Assembly: GCA_965206595.1 (NCBI GenBank)
Contig: OZ242214.1
Span: 4,000,001 to 4,064,000 of the forward strand
Length of the DNA: 64,000 bases
Source: Candidatus Latescibacterota bacterium
Lineage (GTDB): Bacteria > Latescibacterota > UBA2968 > UBA8231
Direction: 5' to 3'
Positions 51,078 to 60,353 of the stretch are shown piece by piece. Below the pieces are notes generated by a model. It saw nothing but the letters and a program-made list of their open reading frames with translations. It searched no databases and was not told the origin of the DNA. Numbering within the stretch: position 1 is the stretch's first letter; every line of letters starts with the position of its first letter. A program made the translations under genes and the position numbers.

Positions 51078-51449
51078 TCAAGCCAAGGCCTCAATCCTCA
51101 CCTCGCCACGCGCCACCACTTCCACTCTCAGGCTGTGCCTCTTGAGCAATCCCATTCCTACGAGGGGAGTAGTATCGGCCGCAGCCACTTCCACCGGCCG
51201 GTCCTGCCCGTTCCACAACACTGTCCCAATGTACTCGTCGAATACATGTAGACTGCCGTCGGCGATTAGTGCCTGACCACGACCTTTCCAGGACAGATCC
51301 AGCCTGCGGATCAAGGCTGTTGGAAGGGTGAGATAGCCAGTGAAGCCGGTATCGATGATGGCCTCGACTTCCCGTCCCTCCCTGTCAACGCCGAGAAGGG
51401 TAAGGCGGATGGTTGCCTCCAGATTCTCGTTTACTGCACCCTCAATCAT
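51078..51449 (-). CDS. Clan AA (retropepsin-like) aspartic protease
   Basis: AIIDTGF.G.L.LP, LIADG, PLVGMGLL. Confidence 0.88.
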   Translation of the reverse strand: MIEGAVNENLEATIRLTLLGVDREGREVEAIIDTGFTGYLTLPTALIRRLDLSWKGRGQALIADGSLHVFDEYIGTVLWNGQDRPVEVAAADTTPLVGMGLLKRHSLRVEVVARGEVRIEALA

Positions 51450-51718
51450 GTCAGGCCACTGGCATGTGATGCGCCGAGCCGGTGTAGCGCACGGTGGCCG
51501 ATGCGGATCAACCAGGGCTGTGCATCGGGACAACGCGCAAACAGTTGGTCGGAGGCGGCAAGGGGATCGTCCCCCACCTCGAACTCGCCGGTCTCAATGT
51601 CAATCGCCACGATCCGTCCGCTGTTGCCCTCTTCCACCTGCGGCCTCACTCGTTGCTCGTAGATCTCCTGACCAAGCCGGGCGAACTCCTCTTTGCTATG
51701 GCGCGGCTGTCGTTCCAT
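51446..51718 (-). CDS. Small protein coupled to the aspartic protease (DUF5678-like)
   Basis: G.EIYE...P.VE....GRIVAIDIETGEFE...WLIRIG; AGGAG RBS; ATGA overlap with the protease. Confidence 0.75.
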   Translation of the reverse strand: MERQPRHSKEEFARLGQEIYEQRVRPQVEEGNSGRIVAIDIETGEFEVGDDPLAASDQLFARCPDAQPWLIRIGHRALHRLGASHASGLT

Positions 51719-51732
51719 GCTGTTCTCCTTTC

Positions 51733-52373
51733 TCAGATCTCGATCTCCGCCGCAGACTCTTGAGCCGAGCGGCCGGCGACGGATGCGTGCAGACACTGGA
51801 AGTCAGTCTCGTTCCTTCCCCGAGGGCCTGACCCCAAGGAAGCCGGATCGATGCGAGTCTGGCCGTTCAGCCGGCGAACCGCGAACAGCGACTCGTCCTC
51901 CAGCGGATCAGGCAGGATCGGGGAGTGCGTGGTGATGATATGCTGGATCTGGTTCAGGCTCTCTTGGGTCCTCAATAACTCCGCGATCAACTCGATCCGC
52001 CGCGGGTGGACTTCATCCTCCGGTTCCTCGATCCCTACCAGGGCCGGACCCTGGTCCACTCCTGACAGCGCCAGGAGACCAAGCATCCTGAGAGAGCCCT
52101 CCGACAGGACGCGGGCCGGAATGGCTATATCGCCTTCCTTGAGGCGGAGCTCGACCTCGCCGACATCGCTGACCTCCACCTCGATTCCATCGATGTTGGG
52201 CATCAGCGCTCCTTCAACGTGCGGCTCGTCCCCAGCTTGGAGAGCAGTTGCAGGGCATCCAGCAGATTGCTCTTGCCTGCGGCGTTCGGCCCGACGAGGA
52301 CGACGAGGGGGGAGAGGGTTACTTCGACGTCCTTCAGAGACTTGAATCCCCGGATATGGATTCGTCTCAGCAT
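51733..52373 (-). pseudogene. ABC-type ATPase with large internal deletion
   Basis: Walker A GPNAAGKSN (52203..52373) is joined out of frame almost directly to LSEGSLR, IEEPE and TTHSP. Confidence 0.85.
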
Positions 52374-52454
52374 GGTGGGCTCTCCAGCGCCTTCCACGCC
52401 GGCTTCCGGCCTTCATCATGGCACGGCCTCATCAATCGACAACGCAACAGAGGT

Positions 52455-52955
52455 TCATCCCAGGAAGGCATCGGGTTCCTGGTCAGGTTCTCTGGCCTTC
52501 AGTTTCCTGTCCTTGGTCCAGATGTGCACTCGCCCCCCTGCCCCCCGGTACCTTGTCTGCTTGAGCCTCCGGGCTTCGTCGATCAGTGTACCATCGCTCA
52601 AGTCAATGCCTTCGAGGACGTGAGTGTCGACAAAGCGTGCTACTGCCTCCCTGAGCCAGCGAGCCTCCCGCGAAAGCAAGACGGTCCATGGCATGCCTTC
52701 GTCGAGACTGGACAGGACGCTATCTCGCATCTTCCCGGCCAAAGACACCCGCTGATTGCCGTCCGCCACATCGGCGATATGGCTGGCCAACTCGTAGACG
52801 CAAGGCGCAGTGACGTACAGCCGCGCTCCGCTCCTAGCAGCATCGGAGACGCGCGTCTTTACTTCCTCAACTGCTTTCTCCGTCGAACACCCAGGAACGG
52901 CGAACAGCTCCAGCAGGTAGCTGGTATCGATCAGGTAGACCGACAGCGGGTTCAC
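52455..52955 (-). CDS. PIN-domain-like protein
   Basis: YLIDTSYL, VYEL, LSD...I, IWTKDRKL; start codon overlaps the ATPase stop. Confidence 0.75.
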   Translation of the reverse strand: MNPLSVYLIDTSYLLELFAVPGCSTEKAVEEVKTRVSDAARSGARLYVTAPCVYELASHIADVADGNQRVSLAGKMRDSVLSSLDEGMPWTVLLSREARWLREAVARFVDTHVLEGIDLSDGTLIDEARRLKQTRYRGAGGRVHIWTKDRKLKAREPDQEPDAFLG

Positions 52956-54241
52956 TACAGAGCCTCGACCCACTTCAGTACCTTGTCGCGTTGGCGTTCC
53001 TCGAACTCCGGTGCCAGGTACTGCTCGACGACACGACGCGAGACGAGATCCCCCAGCTGTCCGCGCTCAAGGAACTCATCGAACCTCGGAAGGTCGGTCA
53101 GCTCGATGAGATCCGCGGCTTCCCTGGTCTGGCTCCAAGTGCAGAGAACCACTCCCTTCATCTGCTCGTCCGTCAGGCTGTTCATGGTGGCGGGGTTGTG
53201 CGTGGTAACCAGTACCTTCAGCTTGCGTCGCTGAGTGGCATCGGCTATCGCGGCGGTCAATACCTCTACTCGACTCGGGTGGAGCCCGTTGTCGAACTCC
53301 TCCACGATGACGCGCGAGCCCTCCTGGACGGTATCCAGGGCCGTCAGGATGGCCAGGGTTCTCAGTGTTCCATCGGACAAGGCCCGGGCGTCCACGGTGA
53401 AACCTGTCCTCTCCTGAAGTCCGAAGATCACGTCCCCGAGATCGGTCGTGGTGAAGCTGAATTCTTCGTACGGCTCGTCGGGAAGCTGGCGTATTCGAGA
53501 CAGCAGCCCAGCCAGCGATGCCTGCTGTGCTTCGTCTCCTACGCTAAGGGCGTAGAGAACCGCCGACAGGTTGGCGCCATCCCGGGAGAGAACACTGTTA
53601 CCGATCCGCTCGTAACCATGCATCAATTTGGGATTCGGGTCGAAGACGAAGGAGGCCTGCAAGTGACGTATGACGATCCCCACCAGTCGATTGCAGTGCT
53701 TGAGATTGCGGTTCTTCTGTGCGATCTCCTGATACTGATATAGAACGGACCGTTCTGATGAGGCGGCGGTCTGGGGTTTCCTGCCACCGCGGGCGAAGTT
53801 GTCGTATCTCACCGTTAGATCTAGTGATGCTGATCCAGGATTCCTTGGAAGCGTTTCATAGATCACACGGTCGGCAAAGGTCAGTTCTTCAGCGGCAATC
53901 TGGGGATGCGGTTTCGTAAAGAGGCTCAGGATGTAGCAAAGCCTCTTTGGCTCTTCCTCCAGCTTCAAGCTAGCAGTGAATCCCAAAGTGAATCTATCTC
54001 CACCAGCTCGACCGCAAGCCTGAAGACCTCCCCGGATCTGAAGGCCGACGGACGGACGACCAACGTCCGCGATCTCATGGAGGGGTTGACCCCGGGCAAC
54101 GAAGGAAAGCAGCTCGATGGCCTCGATGACATTGCTCTTGCCCGAGCCGTTCGGTCCGATCAGAAGCGTGAACGGCCGGAGCAAGTCGATTTGGGTGTCC
54201 TCGAAGCCCTTGAAATCAGTAAGGTGATGCATTCTGGCCAC
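52955..54241 (-). CDS. AAA_21 ABC-type ATPase
   Basis: GPNGSGKSN, LSDGTLR, VEEFDNGLHP, TTHNP. Confidence 0.92.
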   Translation of the reverse strand: MARMHHLTDFKGFEDTQIDLLRPFTLLIGPNGSGKSNVIEAIELLSFVARGQPLHEIADVGRPSVGLQIRGGLQACGRAGGDRFTLGFTASLKLEEEPKRLCYILSLFTKPHPQIAAEELTFADRVIYETLPRNPGSASLDLTVRYDNFARGGRKPQTAASSERSVLYQYQEIAQKNRNLKHCNRLVGIVIRHLQASFVFDPNPKLMHGYERIGNSVLSRDGANLSAVLYALSVGDEAQQASLAGLLSRIRQLPDEPYEEFSFTTTDLGDVIFGLQERTGFTVDARALSDGTLRTLAILTALDTVQEGSRVIVEEFDNGLHPSRVEVLTAAIADATQRRKLKVLVTTHNPATMNSLTDEQMKGVVLCTWSQTREAADLIELTDLPRFDEFLERGQLGDLVSRRVVEQYLAPEFEERQRDKVLKWVEAL

Positions 54242-54509
54242 CTTGGAATGACTGGGTTTGTTTTCGGCTTGGCATCTTCCTTCCTACCGCCTCCATTCCC
54301 GCATCTTCTCCCTCTCCCGGACGAATCTCGCTTCTTCTGGCAACAGCTCGATGGCCCGGGGCCAGGCTTCCTCCACCGCCGGTGGGCTTCACGGGCCAGC
54401 AGGATCTTGCTCTGGGCAAACTCCAGAAGCGCCCGAGGATCCGGCGTACACCGAGTCCCCCGCCCGCTCGAAGTAGCTGAGCGGCGGGCTCGCGGAAGGC
54501 CGCCTGACC

Positions 54510-54582
54510 GGGCACCCGTTCCGACTCCACGCCGCGGCAATGGAGCAGATCGTCGAGGTTGATGGGGAGAATGGCGCTCATG
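54510..54582 (-). pseudogene. 5' stub of an AlbA_2/Schlafen-type protein gene
   Basis: MSAILPINLDDLLHCRGVESERV resembles the N-terminus of that family, then similarity stops. Confidence 0.5.
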
Positions 54583-54598
54583 GAGATGGATTCTCTTC

Positions 54599-56248
54599 TC
54601 ACATCCCCCACACCGTGACCGGGGCCCCGCCTTCGGTCTCGTCGCGGCGGTAGACCTTCTCTTCCCAGGACTTGCCCTCGGTGCGGTCGAAGATCACCAG
54701 GTGCCCTTCGGCCGACGCGCAGCGCTCCATGTAGCCCCGCGTCTGCTCCAGCCCTTCGCCAAGGGTCCGCTCCAGGCCCCGGTGCAGCACCTTGCACTCG
54801 ATGACCACCTTCTGCACCCCGCCCGCATCACCCGGCAGCGGCCACACCAGCAGCAGATCCGTGCGCAGGCGCCCGAGGCCGTACTCCCGCTCGATTCGCC
54901 CCCCGCTGTTGAGGATGCGCTGCAGAAACGCCTGCAGCAGCAACTGCGGCCCGGCCTCCTTGTACTGGAAACGCTCCACCCAGTGCTCGGAGTGCTCGCG
55001 GAAAAAACCCTGGAAGGCGGCCAGCAGCTTGCCCACATCCAGGGCTCCGCCCTCTCCGACGTACCAGGCCGGGTCGTGGGGGATCGACATCTCCTGGGTG
55101 GTCCAGGTCAGGTCGCGCGGGATCACCTCGCGGTAGATCGGGTTGGCGATGCGGACCGGGCTGTCCCGGGCCACCAAGCCGAGGTCGCGGACGTACTGCA
55201 GGTCGTCGGCGGCGATGGGCCCGGCGTCATCGGCGCCTCTCAGCAGCGGCTCGATCACCCTGCGCACCCGCTCCTCCTGGAGCTTGTCGGTGAGCTGGTC
55301 CAGATGCGTCTCCCGGAGCAGGATCAGTTGCTCGCGCGCATCCTGGATGGCCTCGGCGGTCACCTCCCGGCTTCGGTCGCGGCCAGCCTTGTTCCTGAAG
55401 CAGACTTCGTAGGCCAGGGCGTTGACCAGCCACGGCTGCCCTTGGGTCAGCTCCCAGATCGTGGCCCGCGCCTCCTCGCTGAAGGCCTGGCCGGTCTCCT
55501 CTGTGTGCTGCGCAAGCAGGGACTCAACCTCGTCGCGCGAGAAATCCTCGAGCCGCAAGGACTCGGCGATGATGTTGAAGGGGCTGCCGCCGGCGATGAT
55601 GGCGCCCTCGGACGACGAGCGGATGCGGTAGTCGCGCACCTCGCGCACCCCGCACAGGATGACGCTCTGGGGAAAACTCCGAGGGCGCTCCGGGTAGCCG
55701 GCTCGCAACTGCCGCAGCACCGCCAGCAGGCTGTCCCCGATCAGCGCGTCGATCTCGTCGAGCAGCAGCACCAGCGGCCGGGGGTCCGACTCGGCCCAGC
55801 GGGACAGGATCCCGTGTAGAGCAGCGGACGGGCCGGAGCCCTCGAAGATGCCTAGCCAGGCGTCAGCGACAAAAAGGTCGTCGAGGGTCTGGCGCGCCGC
55901 GCGGGCGAGGGCACTGAGGATCGCCCGCATCGCCGCTTCCAAGTCTTCCCGCGCCGCCTGGCCCGCCTCGACGTTCACGTAGACGCAGCGGTACTCCCCC
56001 GCGGCGCCGCTGTTGAGCAGATCTCTCAGAGCCAGCAGGGCCGAGGTCTTGCCGGTCTGCCGGGGCGCGTGCACCACGAAGTACTTCTGCTGCCGGATCA
56101 GCATCAGCACCTCGTCGCGGTCCAGCCGCTCCAACGGCGGCACGTGATAGTGATCCGCCGCCACGATCGGGCCCGCCGTGTTGAAGAACCGCCTGGCTGT
56201 CGTCGTCACTGGTCCCGCTCCCTCGCTGGGCGCCTTGCCTCTCGACAT
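54599..56248 (-). CDS. AAA ATPase with C-terminal PD-(D/E)XK nuclease domain (alternative start GTG 56209)
   Basis: FFNTAGP, APRQTGKTS, LLLDEID, EREY..G..RTDL...VIECK. Confidence 0.85.
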   Translation of the reverse strand: MSRGKAPSEGAGPVTTTARRFFNTAGPIVAADHYHVPPLERLDRDEVLMLIRQQKYFVVHAPRQTGKTSALLALRDLLNSGAAGEYRCVYVNVEAGQAAREDLEAAMRAILSALARAARQTLDDLFVADAWLGIFEGSGPSAALHGILSRWAESDPRPLVLLLDEIDALIGDSLLAVLRQLRAGYPERPRSFPQSVILCGVREVRDYRIRSSSEGAIIAGGSPFNIIAESLRLEDFSRDEVESLLAQHTEETGQAFSEEARATIWELTQGQPWLVNALAYEVCFRNKAGRDRSREVTAEAIQDAREQLILLRETHLDQLTDKLQEERVRRVIEPLLRGADDAGPIAADDLQYVRDLGLVARDSPVRIANPIYREVIPRDLTWTTQEMSIPHDPAWYVGEGGALDVGKLLAAFQGFFREHSEHWVERFQYKEAGPQLLLQAFLQRILNSGGRIEREYGLGRLRTDLLLVWPLPGDAGGVQKVVIECKVLHRGLERTLGEGLEQTRGYMERCASAEGHLVIFDRTEGKSWEEKVYRRDETEGGAPVTVWGM

Positions 56249-56299
56249 GCGGATGAATAATCGCCCATGTCCCCGGGCTTTCCCAATTCGCGGCCGGCC

Positions 56300-59200
56300 C
56301 TACTCCGACGCCTCCATCACCGACCCCGCCGCGATGGTGAAGGTGCGCGACTCCCGGTCCCCCACCACCAGCTTGGCGAAAGGGTTCTGCACCCGCATTA
56401 GACACGGACGGGGCGTGGCGCAGTCGAAGACGACGTAGAGCCAGTACCGTTCTCCAAGGTTGCAAGCCTTGATCCATTCGTTCTCGCTCATCTCCACGCC
56501 TTCGGTGCCAGCCCTTCCCTTGACTTCTATGGCTCGCGGTTCCATTCCCTCTCGGCGGGACAGGAGGTCGAAGCCCGGCCAGTCAGGCAGTCCGGCCCTC
56601 CTCGCCATCGCCGGCTTGCAGACATCCTGCACCTGGGCGCCCCGTTCCTCCTCGTAGGCGGTGGCTACCTCCATGGCGATGGCCTCGACATCGGCGTCGT
56701 AGCGCTCCGCCTCCCCGGCGTCCTGGGCCGGCACCACCAGGGCATGCACCAGGAATTCGGCTTCCCCCGCCCGGATGAGGTCCGGCTCCGACCGCATCTC
56801 GGCGAGCCGGTGGGCACGCACGGCGTTCAGGCTCCGCTGCCGTTCCCTGACCTTGGCCAACTCCTCGGCCGCCTGGCGGTCCCCGGCCCCCGCCTTCTCT
56901 CTGAGGCTGGACCGGGCGGCGGCCAGCTCGGCGGCCTGGTAGTCGAAGCCGCGGTTGACGAACTCCAGGCGCCTGGGCAGATCGTCCAGGCGGCGTTGGC
57001 GGTTCGCCTGCACGATCTGCTCGCTCACTTCCTCGTCAAGGAAATCTGCGGTCTCTCCGGCCATGCCGCGCGCCAGGGTGGCCAGGGGTACCCCGCCCGG
57101 GGCGATGCCGCCGGCTCCGCGCAGCAGAAGCAGGTGTTCGACGGGGCACTCCTTCACTGCGCCATCACTGGTCTGGCGCAGCCCGACGAGGCGCGACTCG
57201 ACCAATTGGGGTTCCCCTTCAGCCTGGCCGCGGGCGTCCAAGGGAGGTTGCTGCTGGACACTGACCCGCGCGATGTGAAACAGGTAAGCCTCAGTCGCAT
57301 AGGGGTCGCTGAACAATGCTCCACGCAGCCCTTCGGCTCCGAGACGCTCCCGCACCGCGGCCGAGAGGGTGTCGAAGACCGGCTCGCCGGGGTGCAGCCA
57401 GATCGCCTCTTCGCGGCTCTCGGGTTTGTACACGGTCAGCCGCTCCCTCGCCTCCTCCGGATAGGCTTCGAGGGCGGGCAACAGAGGGTCGGCCGCGCGG
57501 GGCCGGTCCGGCATCAGGCCGAAAGCGCCGCCCGGATCCCCTTCGAGGCGCAGGTCGAGGAGCGGCGCCGATCTCTCGACAAAACGGCGCACGTACCCGG
57601 GCAGCAGCCGGCGGTAGTTCTCCTGTTCCATCTCCTCGTTGAGATCGTCCAGCCGGCCGCGCACCTCGCCGCCGTCCCCGTAGAGGGAGCGCTCTCTTGC
57701 CGCAAGGGCCCGGACCTGCTCTTCCGTGAGGTGGCCTTCCATCTGACTGGCTGCGGCCTCGCCGCCGTCCTCACCGGTCACCGCTTGCTCCAGGTACGCC
57801 CGGACGGACAGCCCCTCGAAGAGACGGCCCACCACGTCGAAGACCTTGTCCGAGCTGAGCTGTTGGCGGATCGCTTCCAGCTTGTCGAGCAGCGTCTTGA
57901 GCACCCTACCCTCGCGCGTGCCGGCGGAGACGAGGTTGACGATGACTACCGGATCGTGCTTCTGGCCGTAGCGGTGGATGCGCCCCATCCGCTGCTCGAG
58001 GCGGGCCGGGTTCCAGGGGATGTCGTAGTTCACCATGAGCCAGCAGAACTGCAGGTTGATCCCCTCGCCGGCGGCGTCGGTGGCCACCAGGTAGGTGGCC
58101 CCGCCCTGGTCGGCCGGCCGGCGGAACAACTCGACCTGGCGTTCCCGCTCCGGGTAGGCCAGGCCGCCGTGGATCAGGGCGACGCGGCCGGTGTAGCCGA
58201 GGCCTTCGAGGCGGCGCACCAGGAATGCCGCCGTGTCCCGGTGCTCGGTGAAAATGATGAGCTTCTCGTCGCGGTAGTGCGGCGCCCCAAGCACCTCCCG
58301 CAGCTTCTCGAACTTGGACTCCTCGCCGGCGTCAAAGAGCTTCTGGGCCTTGTCGAGCAACCCGGCGACCTTGACACGCTCCGCCTCCAGCTCCGCGAGG
58401 GTGACCGCCACCGTGCCCTCGAGGGCCTGGCTCTCGAACTCCTCGTGCTGCTCCCCTTCGTCGCTGGCCGCCTCCTCGTCAGCGGTGCTCGTTTCGAAGA
58501 GGTCGTCGAGCCGGCCGAGGCGTTGCTGCCGCCTCGCGAGCTGCTCCTCGGTGAGGCGGCCGCTGCGGATGTCGTCGATCAGACCCTCCAGCTTCTCGAG
58601 GCGGCGCTCGAAGGAGCGCAGAAGGGCATAGGTGGAGCTGGCCAGGCGGCGCTGAAAGACGCTCATGGCCAGCCGGGCGGCGGAACGGTTCAGCGCCTTT
58701 GCCCAGTTGTAGTGATAGCGCATGTACTCGGTGGTCTCGTCGTACAGCTCCTGCTCACCGTCCGGTCCCTGGGACAGCTCGTAGCTGAGGGTGTCGCAGT
58801 TGCGCTGCGGGTAGAGCGGCCGATGGTCGAAGTGGACCATCTCCTCCTTGGTGCGGCGGATGAAGTGCCGCTGCCGGGAGTCGGGCGGGAACTCCTCGAA
58901 GGCGTCGAAGGTGGAAAGGGCATCCGGCAGCAGCAGGCGCCACAGGTAGTAGTAGGGGTGGTCCTTGCCCATGTGCGGGGTGGCCGTCAGCAGCAGCAGG
59001 TGCTGCGCGGACCAAGGGAGCTCCCACCGATCCTTGTCGTCGGACTCGGCGCCGGCCAGGGCCTCGGCCAGCCTGTAGCGGCCCGTCTTGCGCACCCGGA
59101 AGTCCGGCTGACGGTCCGCTGACAGCTTGTGAGCCTCGTCGAAGACCACGAGGTCGTAGGGGTCGGTCTGCGGGTCCTTGAGGTGGCCGAACATGCGCTC

Positions 59201-59884
59201 CCCCGCCAGGGTGTCGACGCTGACGATGACGAGGTCGCTCTCCGGGCCGAGGAAGGGGTTGCCGGCGCGCGCCTCGGTGCCGCCGACGATGCGGAAGGGC
59301 AGACGGAAGAGGGTGCGCATCTCCCGCTCCCAGTTTCCCACCAGGCCGGCAGGGGGCACGACGAGCACGCGCCGCAGGAGCCGGCGGGACAGCATCTCGC
59401 GCACGTACAGACCGGTCATGATGGTCTTGCCGGCGCCGGCGTCGTCGGCCAGCAGGAATCGTAGCGGGGACTGCTGGAGCATCCGCTGGTACACGGCGAT
59501 GCGCTGATGCGGGAGCGGGTCGATCAGCGATGTCTCGGTGGCGAAGGCGGGATTGAAGAGGTGGCCGCTGGCGAGGCGATGCGCCTCGGCGACGGCCGAG
59601 ACCGCCTCCGGATCGGCGGAGAAGTCCATGCTCGGGGGCCCGGTTGGACCTTCATCGGCCGAGGGCTGATCCGCCCCTTCTGCCGGCAGGTTCTCCAGCT
59701 CGACGACGCGCCGCCAGGCCAGGTTGTTGGGGCGGGACTGTCCGTTCTCCCAGCGGTTGACGGAGGCAAAGGAGACGCCGACGAGCTCCGCGAACTGCGC
59801 CTGCGTCAGACCCCGGAGGCCCCGGATGCTCTTGATCCGGCGGGGGTAATCTCCGGGAATTCCGTCCGTTAGAGCTGGTGACAT
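56300..59884 (-). CDS. XRE-HTH / SNF2 helicase / DUF3883 nuclease fusion
   Basis: LTQAQFAELVGVSFASVNRWENG; PLPHQ, LLADDAGAGKT, DEAH, LTATPH, EGINLQ, PWNPARLEQRMGRIHRYGQ; GFDL.S...IEVKGR...NEW. Confidence 0.93.
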   Translation of the reverse strand: MSPALTDGIPGDYPRRIKSIRGLRGLTQAQFAELVGVSFASVNRWENGQSRPNNLAWRRVVELENLPAEGADQPSADEGPTGPPSMDFSADPEAVSAVAEAHRLASGHLFNPAFATETSLIDPLPHQRIAVYQRMLQQSPLRFLLADDAGAGKTIMTGLYVREMLSRRLLRRVLVVPPAGLVGNWEREMRTLFRLPFRIVGGTEARAGNPFLGPESDLVIVSVDTLAGERMFGHLKDPQTDPYDLVVFDEAHKLSADRQPDFRVRKTGRYRLAEALAGAESDDKDRWELPWSAQHLLLLTATPHMGKDHPYYYLWRLLLPDALSTFDAFEEFPPDSRQRHFIRRTKEEMVHFDHRPLYPQRNCDTLSYELSQGPDGEQELYDETTEYMRYHYNWAKALNRSAARLAMSVFQRRLASSTYALLRSFERRLEKLEGLIDDIRSGRLTEEQLARRQQRLGRLDDLFETSTADEEAASDEGEQHEEFESQALEGTVAVTLAELEAERVKVAGLLDKAQKLFDAGEESKFEKLREVLGAPHYRDEKLIIFTEHRDTAAFLVRRLEGLGYTGRVALIHGGLAYPERERQVELFRRPADQGGATYLVATDAAGEGINLQFCWLMVNYDIPWNPARLEQRMGRIHRYGQKHDPVVIVNLVSAGTREGRVLKTLLDKLEAIRQQLSSDKVFDVVGRLFEGLSVRAYLEQAVTGEDGGEAAASQMEGHLTEEQVRALAARERSLYGDGGEVRGRLDDLNEEMEQENYRRLLPGYVRRFVERSAPLLDLRLEGDPGGAFGLMPDRPRAADPLLPALEAYPEEARERLTVYKPESREEAIWLHPGEPVFDTLSAAVRERLGAEGLRGALFSDPYATEAYLFHIARVSVQQQPPLDARGQAEGEPQLVESRLVGLRQTSDGAVKECPVEHLLLLRGAGGIAPGGVPLATLARGMAGETADFLDEEVSEQIVQANRQRRLDDLPRRLEFVNRGFDYQAAELAAARSSLREKAGAGDRQAAEELAKVRERQRSLNAVRAHRLAEMRSEPDLIRAGEAEFLVHALVVPAQDAGEAERYDADVEAIAMEVATAYEEERGAQVQDVCKPAMARRAGLPDWPGFDLLSRREGMEPRAIEVKGRAGTEGVEMSENEWIKACNLGERYWLYVVFDCATPRPCLMRVQNPFAKLVVGDRESRTFTIAAGSVMEASE

Positions 59885-59924
59885 TCTGCCTTCTATCCTT
59901 CTGCGGTAGATTCGGTTACGCCAG

Positions 59925-59976
59925 ATTGTACCCAATGGTCCCGTGATTTGTCAAATCGCTTATAGCATGTGCTATA
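59925..59976 (-). promoter_or_regulatory. Sigma70-type promoter with two overlapping or adjacent palindromes
   Basis: Minus strand TTGACA (59954-59949), 18-bp spacer, TACAAT (59930-59925). Inverted repeats GATTTG-T-CAAATC (59945-59957) and TATAGCA-TG-TGCTATA (59961-59976). Confidence 0.7.
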
Positions 59977-60021
59977 TTTCGCGCCTTCCGATTTTTAGGT
60001 AGAGACAGTCCTTGGCAGCCA

Positions 60022-60087
60022 CGTAACCCTTACACACCTTCTCAGCGAACGGTATGGTACCGAAATAGGTGCAGTATTTTTCCTAAT
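60022..60087 (+). repeat. oriIS-like relic (copy G)
   Basis: tcagcgaacggtatggtaccgaaataggtgcagtatttttcctaat versus 22741 tcagcgaactgcatagtaccgatatcggtgccttatttttcctatac. Confidence 0.75.
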
Positions 60088-60353
60088 CGCGAGGTCGCCC
60101 GGTGACCCCGCACGATGTTTTAGAGGAATCTCGCGGGCAAGATGGGTGATAAGCAGTCGATGCGACATGAGTGCGCTTCTCAGGAAAGGCTTCGAGTGGC
60201 GGCCGGCAGAAGCGGCCAGGTCGGTGTCGGAGCGGCTGATCTCCGGCCCCTCGGGCGAGCGGTGAAATGGGGAGATGGAGGCATGAGCGGGCGTAGAGTT
60301 GGAGAGCTGGGTAGGTCGCGTTGCAGGGTCGCCGGTTGAGCGTTGGTGAGCGC

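Noticed and set aside
36387-59884. Calling the operon canonical BREX or DISARM
   Set aside because: No PglZ, BrxA, BrxL or DUF1998 (DrmB) gene was recognised.
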